Assembly (NCBI GenBank): GCA_000388065.2
Contig: KB932215.1
Length of the DNA: 39,998 nt
Source: Fonticula alba ATCC 38817
Taxonomy: Eukaryota; Protista; Nucleariida
Strand: one strand, 5' to 3'
The notes below the pieces were generated by a model that did not search any database, was not told the DNA's origin, and saw only the letters and a program-made list of their open reading frames with translations. Positions 24,226 through 34,386 of this stretch are shown here, piece by piece (within the stretch, counting starts at the first letter, position 1; every line of letters begins with the position of its first letter). The position numbers and the translations under genes were made by a program.

Positions 24226-25610
24226 GCGTGTACGTGGATGTGGACGTGGGCGTGGACGTGGACGTGGACGTGGACGTGGACGTGGACGTGGACGCGTACA
24301 TGATTCGCCACACGCGCACACGTGTGCACATGCACGTGGAGAACATGCCCAGGCGCATAGGGACACCCATAACCATAACCGGGAAGAGGAGGAGATCGCG
24401 TTGACGAGCCCATGCGTTGGAGGGGGGGGGGGGGGGGGGGGGGAGCACAAGACAAGCGCACACCGACGCACACCGACGCACATCCACACATGCACATTTG
24501 CGGACGTTCGACAGACCAGGCAGCGAGAGGAAGAAGGAAGCAACCGACACACCGTTAGACACCGACACACTTGGCAAAAGGAAACCAAAAAGAGGCCGGC
24601 CGGGGGGCGAAGAGCTGCGCACCGTCCAGAAGCTCATTGTATGCGCGCTGGCCGGCCTCATCCAGATCCTCGGGCAGGATGCCACACGCGTCGAAAATGG
24701 GGCATCCATCACGGATCTCATGGAGCTGGAGATTCATCTGCTTGGCAAGGACCTGGTCGGAGAGATGCGAGGATCGCGACGGCACGAGGGAAAGACAACG
24801 CATGAGGAGACAGAGGCAGAGGCGCAGGGGCGGGCCCGGGCGCGGGCGCGGGCAGGGAGAACGACAAAAAAAAGAGCACAGGCCACTCCCCCAACACACC
24901 TGCAGCGGGTTGCCATTCTTCAGGCCGGTGACAATCATGGCCCCGGTGTCGGCGCCGTAGATCGGCTGCCCGGAGTCGGGCGACGTGGTGCCGGGGATGC
25001 CGCTGAGCATGCGCGAATCGATGCGCCCGCCCAGGTGCCCGCGCGATTCCAGCACCAACGTGCGGAAGCCATTATGCGTCAGGTGCCGTGCGGCCGCCAG
25101 CCCGGAGATGCCGCCCCCGACCACCACCACCGGGTAGCAATGCTGCCGCGAGGAGGAGCCGCTCTCGGCCTCCGACAAGGGGGGCCCCGGTGCCGCCGGC
25201 AGCGGCATCACCCCGAAGTTGATGAACCCATAGAACTCCAGGTAGTGGATGGCATTGTCGGCGATGTCCGGGTCGAAGGGAGTCCCGGAAGGCAGCTGTG
25301 CCCGGATGGACTCCTCGGCGGTGTCCACCGTCAGGCCATCATGCGAGGCGGACAGCTTGCGAATGCGCTGCAGCGGCGAGTCCAGCCACACACGCAGCAC
25401 CGCATTCCGATGGGCGATGTACACCTGCTCGCACAGCAGGTAGAAGGGGAGGACCATGCGCTCGTGCAGTGACATCCGATCCGGGGGCATGCGCGAGTCA
25501 CGTGCCGCATCGGCTGGTGTCTCCGGCTCCGGCGGCGGTGGCTGGCAAAACTGCTGCCGGAGCTGCTGACGGCGTGTGGCCACCCTTGGGCGGGCCTTGG
25601 CCGTGGACAT
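20354..25610 (-). CDS. Lysine-specific histone demethylase, LSD1/KDM1 family: SWIRM + FAD amine oxidase + C2H2 finger + low-complexity linker + probable second SWIRM, about 1220 aa
   Basis: Exons (minus) 25610-24900, 24752-24623, 24077-23100, 22901-22817, 22600-22345, 22186-20804, 20473-20354; phases close. SWIRM end HYLEFYGFINFG, FAD motif VVGGGISGLAAA, LGGRI, GAMIVTG, WHLANLEFAN, WDQDD, catalytic-Lys motif GFGVLNKV, TRWGSDP..GSYS, FFAGE....YPATVHGA..SG.RAA. The start codon is uncertain because the frame is open upstream. Confidence 0.9.
22661..22717. repeat. (GAA)n microsatellite in a KDM1 intron
   Basis: About 19 tandem GAA units, read as TTC on the coding strand. Confidence 0.95.
24175..24293. 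repeat. Compound (GT)n plus (GTGGAC)n repeat in KDM1 intron 2
   Basis: (GT)n at about 24175-24220 followed by about 10 GTGGAC-type hexamers at 24234-24293. Confidence 0.95.
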
Positions 25611-27052
25611 GGCTCTCGGGGGAGGGGGCGGGGAAGGAGGGAGAGAAAAAAAGAGGGAGAGAGCGAGACCGGGTTGGAGGAGGGGCGAGTGCGCGAGCCC
25701 AGGGAGGGGAGGTGGTCGGACTCCTGTCAAGTCGGAGGGGAGGAGGTCAGGAGGAGGAAGGGCGGGGGGAGAGGGAGGGGGAAGGAACGAGGGCCGGGGC
25801 AAACACACCTTACAACTGGCTACGGTTGAATTTGCGAGGGGGGGGGGGGGGATGGAGCACGCGGAAAGGTGCGTCCAGATGTTGCAGCTCGGGTGAGGGG
25901 GAAAGGGAAGGGAAAAAAGGGGGGGCGGGCGGAGGGGGCGGGTGAAAAAGGGAGGGAGCGTGACTCGGATGCCCGGCATGGCCTGGACAAACGTCCCGAA
26001 AAAGGACGGGCCTGGGCCGACAGAGATTGCCCCTTTTTCCCCTCCTCCTCCCTCGCCAGGCCGTCCCCACCCCCCGTGCCGCCGCCCACCGGGATGGGGA
26101 AGACGGCGGGGGGAGAGGACATAACCGAGTCCGACGACTGGCGCACGGACACCCGGAGGCCGATCACAGGCCGATACCCTGGGCCCCGGCGCGCGCGCGC
26201 GCGCGCGCACTCGGACGGGGGAAACACACACACACACACACACACACGCAGAGATACCTGGCTCGAGCGACGGGGCAACCGCCGCCGGGGAACAGGGCGA
26301 AGAAGCGTTGGCACATGCCACAAAAGCGTCCGAGGTGTTGTGGCCGGCTGCGACTCGCCCGGGCTCGCCCTTCTGGCCTACTTCACCCTGCCCCCGGCCG
26401 AGGAGGGGAGGAATGGGAATGAGGGGCGCGGAGCCTGGTGGCCGCAGGCGGGGGACCCGGTCGTTGGACCCCGGTCGTTGGACCCCGGTCATTAGACCCC
26501 TGTCCTGTCTCAACGGCCTGTGGCCCGCCCGCCCGCCCGCCCGCCACATGTCCTCGGCCCTCGGCCCTCGGCCCTCCCTCTCGCGCCCGAGGCCGGGGGG
26601 GGGGGGGGGGTCTGCCGAAGGTGCTTCTTTTTTCCCGGGCAGGACTCGCCGCCTGCTGGGGACGAGGAGCCACGCCCTCACCTCTCCCGGGCCGAACCTC
26701 GGCCCTGGGGAGGGGGGTTATTTTGCCCGCAGGACAATGGGTCGGGTGTGGGCGCTGTTGTCTGCCAGGGGGGGCTTCTGGGCCCGGCATCTCCCGGCCG
26801 GCGTGTGACCTTGCTCGCTTTTTTTCTCCCCTTCCTGGCGCGGTGTGCGGCAGGCCATCGGCTGATTCTTGCCCTGCATTTTCCCCGTGGCCACCGTCGC
26901 CAGTGGCGTCCCCCTCCCGCTCCCTCCCCCGCCCCCTGCTTGTGAGCTCCTTCCGTCTCAGGGTGCTCCAGGCCAAGACTGGGTCCACCGCTTCCCCTGC
27001 GTCCTTCGTAGGACTCCCTTCCTTCGGGGAAACCCGGCCCATATACACACGT

Positions 27053-27453
27053 AGATACATACATAGATACATGCACACATACAGACATACAGGAATACAG
27101 GAATACAGTCATACGGGAATACAGACATACAGACATACAGACATACAGACATACAGACATACAGGGATACAGAAATACAGTAATACAGGAATACAGAAAT
27201 ACAGAATACATAGATACAGACATACAGTAATACAGTCATACAGGGNNNNNNNNNNAAATACAGAATACATAGATACAGACATACAGTAATACAGTCATAC
27301 AGGGATACAGAAATACAGACATACAGGGATACAGAAATACAGTAATACAGACATACACACATACGGTAATACAGACATACAGGGATACAGAAATACAGAA
27401 GTACAGAAGTACAGAAGTACAGAAGTACAGAATACAGAGATACAGAGATACAG

Positions 27454-27512
<59 letters not shown>
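27053..27512. repeat. 8-bp variant-repeat minisatellite (ATACAG-NN)n merging into (CA)n
   Basis: Roughly 45 units of constant ATACAG plus a variable dinucleotide (AC, GA, TC, GG, AA, TA, AG), then (CA)n to about 27512. Contains a 10-N gap at 27246-27255. Confidence 0.95.
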
Positions 27513-27516
<4 letters not shown>

Positions 27517-27787
27517 GCCATCTGGATTTGGAAAAGATTCTCCCACCACTGCGGCTGGAGCGCGATCTTCACCCCGACCACACAGCGCACCCTCGTCGGA
27601 GGAAGGACGTTCGCGCATGCGTCCCCGTGGCCATCGGTACTCCAACCACACTTATAGGCTTCCCCGCACCATTGGCCGAGCGGCCAACACGAGAGGGAGG
27701 CCGAAGAGGGGGATGTGTGTGCCTGCTTGATCGTCTCCCTCCCTCTCGCTCGCCTCTTCCGTGGCAGCTTCCTTCCATTCCTCTCGG

Positions 27788-27842
<55 letters not shown>

Positions 27843-29174
27843 TGTGTGTTACAATACACCGCAGATGCCTATATCAGAGCCGGCCTCCACACATGTGCAC
27901 TTTTTAGAGGGGGCATACATATGCCTGCACGTCTCCCTGAAGAGGGCGGCGCGGGGGGAAGATGACGATGCCCCGGGCGGCCAGGCAGAGGAGGCTAAAG
28001 TCGTTGGGGAAGCCTGGCCAGTGGCCAGGGTGTCAGGCGTGCCAAAAGTGCGGACATGCCTGGGGCCGCCCCGGCAGTCAACTGGAAGGCCGGCCGTTTG
28101 CGGTCCTACGCCACAGCCATGGGGCCGCCGCACCCGGTCGAGGGAAAAGGATTACATGCAAACTGGCAGGACATGGCGCACGACGTGTCGGTTAATTGCT
28201 CCACTGAGTTCACCTAAATGAGGCTAATGCGCTACGTGATTTTCGCTATGGGACGCTATTGTCGGTGGCTCCTGTGCTCGAATGCCAGCGCCGATTGAAT
28301 GGCCCACAATCACTCCCGGGTGGCCGGCCGCCACGCCGGCTCCGTTCTTCCTCAGTAGCACGCAGGGGATGCACCCGCCCTGCATGAGAACAAGTCCCGG
28401 GCCCCGCGCCCGCCCCGGGTGTTCACCCGAAGTGGGCGACAAAAGCATGACCCCCAGACAAACGCGCACACACACCCACCACACCAGCACATACCCACAC
28501 GCATCCACACCTACACAGGGGGAGCAGCCCCTCACTCTCTGCCTTGGACTGACACAACACCGAGGCGCCAGCGGGCAGGGGAGGGGGGGAGCCCTCCGGG
28601 ACAGGAAAAACACAGGCAAGCCGGGAACCCGGGAGCGAGAAGAAGAGAGACAGACAAGGACAGGTGTAGTGGTGTGCCGAGCGAGAGGGGCCTCCTCGTG
28701 CCTGTCCCTCCTCTGCTGCTGTCTTGTGCACGGACACACGGGCACGCAGACACACACAGACAGGGCCACGCACGCACGGGCCCCCTCGCGCTGCTGGCGC
28801 GCGCGCACCGGTGCACGGAGCGGATGCACGAGTCGGGGGAAGACAGGGATGGATGGACAAAAAAAGCGGCACGCAGGCGACACACAAGCCGGCGCCTTTC
28901 TCGCGCGCGAGCGCGCGCACTACTGGTGCGCGCGCGCCACGGGGGGCCAGCGAGGGGCGGGGAGGGGGAGGGGGGGGGGGAGAACAAAGAGAGAAGGGCG
29001 CCTGGCGGGTCCGCCCCCCCTCCCCCTCCCCCTCTCCCTGGCGGGGAGGAAGGAGCCACGATGCTCCACCGGAAAAAAAGTAAGCCAGGCCCCTCCCGCC
29101 CATGGGAAAGGGAGAAAAGGGGGCGAGGGGCGCGCAGGGGGGGGCCGGAAGAAGGCGCCCTCGCTCGCGGCCCG

Positions 29175-32099
29175 TTAGCCCCCGCGGCTGAGCTGCGCAA
29201 GCACCTCAACCTCATTGTCCAGGAGCGCGTGCCGGCGGAAGAGGGGCAGCCACTCGCGGATGACCGCGCGGTCGGACGGCCGAAGGATGAGCGTGGCCGA
29301 GGCGGCCGATGCCCCGGCCCCCCGGGGGATGGCCCCGGCGATGGCCGCCCGCAGGGCCGTCGAGCTGACCGACTGCGGGGTGGAGATATTCCGCGGCCCG
29401 GATGAGGACGAGGAGGAGGAGGAGGAGGAGGAGGAGGAGGAGGAAGACCCCCCGCCGACGGCAGGGGAGAAGGCCCCGCCGAGGGCCGACGAAGTGGACG
29501 CACTGCTGGCGTGCGACGGGACGACCGTGACCACGGATGCGCCGCCGCCGCCGCCGCCGCCTGGCGCATCGATCGACGCCGGGGCCCCAGACACATAGAG
29601 CACCAGCTGGTCGAGGGCCGCCTTGGCCGACACCGTGGGCAGGAGCCCCGCCGTGGCCCCGGGGTCCCCGCCGATCAGCGGGCTGGCCAGGCCCCCGGCC
29701 CCGGCCCCGGCCGGCTCCAGTAGATATGTGATGGCGATGAGGTCGCGGCAGGCCGTCGCCGCCGCCGCCGCCGCCCCGGCCGCCGCCGGCGTGGCGGCCG
29801 ACGAAGCCAGCAGGGACTCCCCGTCGACCGGGGCCCCTGCCCGGGGAGCCGCAATCTCAATGGCCACATAGGCCACCGCATAGATGGGAATCGACAGGAT
29901 GGGCAGGCGCCGGCCGAGGAAGGCCTGCTCGCAGGCGTAGATGTTGATTTGCCCCCGCTCATACAGCACATAGCGCGAGTGCCAGTGGTCCAGGGTGGCG
30001 GTGCCGACGCCGCGCAAGGGCACCGACGCCGGCCCGGGCCCGGCCGACGGGGCGTGGGCCCCGGGGCCGGTGGTAGCGCCGCCGCCGCCGGCCAGAGCCA
30101 GACGCGCACTCGCCCCGGCACACAACTTGGTCTGGATGCAGGACACGGCACAGCCACAGTGCGCCGGCGCGGTGCAGGGCGCCACCATGGCACCAGCGGG
30201 GCCGGCGGCCGGCCGGCCGGCCGCCGGCACCGGGCTGCCGGGGCCGGCCCCATCGTCCGCTCGATCGCCGGCCTTGCCACCGGGCGAGGCGCCGCTCAGC
30301 GAGAAAGACCGAAGGGTCCGGACCGGGGTCGATGGGGGCGGCGCATCGGCCGGGGGGGCGGGTCCCCCGGCGCCCGGCGGTGACCCCGGCATCGGCCCGG
30401 CTGCGCCGGCCGCCGCGGTCGCCGCCGGCAGCTGCGGCGACGAGGCCCCACTCGAGTCGGCCGAATTCGGCCCCGATGCCAGGGGCAACAGCAGCTGGGC
30501 CAGGGAGGCCAGCATGAAGCTGCTCCCGCGCCAGGAACCCCCGGCAGACGCCAGCCCCGGGGCCGCAGAGGAAGAAGACACCGATGACGCCGACGAGGGG
30601 GAGGGCGAGGAAGACCCCCCCCCGGCCGGCTCCGGGGGAGGCGGCGCCTCGCCCCCGAACAGGCTCGTGGCAAAGGGCAGGCACAGGTGGTCCGAGTGGA
30701 ACTTCAGCACGGCCGCCGGGCGGAAGCCCAATTCCCGGAAGAGGGTCACATCGCGGAATTTGGTGTAGGCACAGGCCAGCTCGCGTGCGATGACATACTG
30801 CAGCAGGCGGCCCAGCTGGCCGAAGAAGGAGAAAATCGTGCACAGGTCCCCGACCACCATGTCCACGGTGGCGGCCTTGGTCACCTCGCACAGGGCCCCC
30901 ACAATCAGCGTGTCATACTGCAGCATGAGCTTGACAAACTCGATGGACTGCGGGCTCAGCAGCGGGTCGGCCACCTCCAGCAGGTAGGAGTCCGACACCC
31001 CGACCACCGACAGCGGCCGGTTGGGCGGCTGCGACAGCGAGGACGTCGAGGCGCTCTTCAGCCGGCTCAGCGTGCCGTACCGGCCCCCGAGCGAGGCGCC
31101 CCCGCCGCCGAGGAGGGCCCGCGCCCGCGAGGGCGAGGCGGTGGCCGCCGGGGCCGCCGCTGCCGGCTCCGCCGCCGGCCGTGCGAGCGGGACACTGGGG
31201 CTGGATTCCAGGGGTGGCTGCTCGTGCAGGTCCACATTGCTGGTGGCCAGCGATTGGCACAGGGCGCCGGCGAGGTCCCGGCGGAGCATCTGCCACCGTC
31301 GGGACATGGGGGGGGGGGGGAGAAGGGGGAAGGGCGAGCGGGCATTTCACAGGCCGCGTGGTCACGGGCGGCCGCAGAGGGCGCGAACATCCACCAGGTT
31401 AGCCAAGGGCCCCAGGGAGGGGGGGGGAGGGGGCGGGGGACAGCAAAGCCAGAAGGAAGGCAGGGCCGGCAGGCGCAAGGGGAAGGGGGGCGGGGAGGGC
31501 GGGCGAGGGAGGGACACAGAGGAAGAAGGAAAAAAAAAAAGGGCAGCGGCGAGCCAGCCCCAAGTCGCTGGTCGACACGCACCAGCAGCTCCGCGGCTCG
31601 GAGCTCCGAGTCGGACAGGGCCGAGGAGGCGGGGGCCCGCAGGCGGGGCGTGGTCGCGGCATAGGCCGATGCCCGGCGCAGGGGAACGGCCAGCTGGCGC
31701 ACCAGGCGCCGGACGGACTTGCGCACCGCGGAGCTCGGGGCCGGGGTGTCCACATGCCCGGCGGAGGGGCTGATGGGCGACGAGGCGCCGCCGGCCCCGG
31801 CGCCCGACGCGGCTGACAGACGGTCCGGGCTGGACGCGGCCCCGGGCCCGGTCGACGGGGAGGACGAATGCATCAGCAGACTGTCGTAGGTTGTCCGGTA
31901 GGAGGAGGCCGGGCTGGTCCGGTCATTCAGGTGAACCAGCCTCTCATTCAGCTCGGCCGTCGACAGGGGAGGCGGCGCCCGGTCCAGATCCGGCGGCGGG
32001 GGGGGGATAGCCTGGCCCGGGGGCAGCGGCGCCCCGGCCACCAGGACCAGCGGCTCGGCCGTGATCTCCGTGGCGATGTGCGTGACGACATTGCTGCCA

Positions 32100-32134
<35 letters not shown>

Positions 32135-34349
32135 CGTAACCGCTGCCGGAGTGGCTGGGCTGGCGCTGCGGGCAGCCGCAGCCACCGGAGCAGGCGGCGC
32201 CGCGATGGTGGTGTCGATGGCCGACGCCGGCCCGGCCGGGGTGGTGGCCGGGCTCGGGGCAGGGCTGGCCACCGACATGGAAACCGCGTCGGCCTCCGGC
32301 CCCCGGGGGCCCGGCTGCTGGCCCGAGGGGAGGGGCGCCGCCTTGCCGGCCGACGGCGGAACCGGCGGCCGCCCGGGCGGCGGCTGGCTGGTCACCGTCT
32401 CGCTCTGGCCGAGGATCTCGATCAGGGCCACCGAGCGCCGCCGGGCATTGTTGCCGGCCGCCGCCGGGACACCGCACAGGATGGAGTCCGGCCCGGGGGG
32501 CGGATGCCCCAAGTGATAGAGGCCCTGGTTGGTGAGGACCAGCGCGTCGCCGGCCAGGCCCAACGGCGACACCGAGTACAGCAGGTCCGAGTGGGGGCTG
32601 GTCGAGGAGGAGGTGGACGAGGAGGAGGAGGTGGACGAGGAGGACCCGGGCGCCAGGGCGGCCATCATGCCGCCGACGGTCGGGAGCGACGCCCCGCGGT
32701 GATGGTGGGCCCCGGTCGGGGGCAACATCGATGTCGGCGATGGGGGGACCACCGCGGCCGCGCCGTCAGCCCCCCCTGGGACCCCGGCCGCCCGGCCCGG
32801 GACCTGCATCAGGGGCATGGAGGCCGACATGCCGGCCGTCCGCAGGGACGACAGGGACCCATACTCCCGGAGGGTGCCCTCTTCGTGGGGGGCCGGGCTG
32901 TCGGCAGGCTCGGCCATCAGTGAGTCCAGCGACGAGCCGGGCGACGCGGTTTCCAGGGCCGCCGCATAGGACGGCGGGGTGCCGGTCCCGGCGCTGGCGG
33001 GGCGCGCCCCGAGCGGGGTGTCCGGCGGCGAGAGAGGGGCCACCGGCGCCGGCCCGGGGGCGGTGCCTGGGACGGAGGCAATGCCGTCAGGACCGGCGGC
33101 AGGCTCGGCAGCCCGGGAGGCGGGCACGGCGCCGGGCCGAGAGACGACATGCTATGCGAGAGCAGCCGGCCGGGCGCGGGGAGGAGGGGCGTGGGAGCGG
33201 TTAGTGGAGATGGATGGGGGGCGGGGAACACACATGGGGGAACAAACACCAGGGGAGGTGTGGGGGGGGNNNNNNNNNNNNNNNNNNNNNNNNNNNNNNN
33301 NNNNNNNNNNNNNNNNNNNNCCCCCGCACCCACATGCATATGCACACATGGCGGGGGAGACCGCGGCGCGGCAGCCGAGGCACCGAGGGAAAGGGGGGGG
33401 GGGGGAGAAAAGAGAGATCGAGACACACGTTAAACAAAAATAGGTCGTAGAAGTCCGAAATCCGGGGCTCCAGCTCCTCCAGCAGCGGGTTCAGCGACAG
33501 CTGGTGGAGCTGCTCCTTGGCCAGGGGCCCGGTGCTGCCCGGGGCCGGGGGGGAGAAGCGCGAGCCATTGGCCATCATCTGGATGACCTTGACCACGGCC
33601 ACCAGATCGTCCACCCGCTCGGGGCTGATGAGCCCGGCCGGCACGGCGGACGGCAGGTCGTCCTCGCCGTCCTCGGAATCCGAGTCGTCGTCGAACTGCA
33701 TGATGCCGACCGTGTGCGGCCGAGCGATGGCCGGCCCGAAGAACCGGAGGAAGAGAGTGGCCCGCGTGGTGGCGAGGGCGGCACTCTCGCCGAAGGTCTT
33801 GGCCATCTGAGGGGGGCGGAAGCGGGGGGGGGGGGGGGGACCAAGCAGGTTAGAAACCACCGAGGGGAGGGGGTGAGAGAGCCAACAGAAAGGGAGGGCG
33901 CATTTTTCGGGCATGCAAACAGGGGGGCCCCCCCCGAGGCTGCGCACCTCCGAGTAGTACAGGCGGAAGAGGTCCCGGAAGCCCGGTGGGGCGAGCTCCG
34001 GCGACTGGAGAATCGGATCCAGCAGCAGCCGGACCGCGGCCGTCAAATGCCTGACCGCGGCTTCGGGATCCCCGGACGACTGCCGGGGCCAGGGGGGGGG
34101 GACGGGACAAACGTTGGCAGAACGAGACCCGGGTCAGTGATCGGAAAGGGCTGGGAGGGGAGGGGAGGGGAGGGGAGGGGAGGGAATAGAGAGAAGAAGA
34201 GAAAGAGAAGAAGAGGAGAAGAGGAGAAAGAGAGAAAGAGAGAAAGAGAGAAAGAGAGAAAGAGAGAAAGAGAGAAAGAGAGAAAGAGAGAAAGAGAGAA
34301 AGAGAGAAAGAGAGAAAGAGAGAACAAGAGAACAAGAGAACAAGAGAAC

Positions 34350-34386
<37 letters not shown>

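Noticed and set aside
24234-24340. His-Val or Val-Asp repeat peptides from (GTGGAC)n
   Set aside because: The repeat lies in a KDM1 intron whose flanking exons join in frame, and there is no acceptor AG to include it.
27196-27304. About 49-bp exact higher-order duplication inside the ATACAG-NN array
   Set aside because: It straddles another 10-N gap, so it is probably the same assembly overlap artefact; the unit count is therefore approximate.
27053-27456. ATACAG-NN array as a CRISPR-like array
   Set aside because: Units are 8 bp with 2-bp variable parts, there are no cas genes, and the context is eukaryotic.
28180-28310. Locally AT-richer patch as a possible snoRNA or snRNA
   Set aside because: No paired C/D boxes, H/ACA layout, Sm site or snRNA signature was visible; an Infernal search would be needed.
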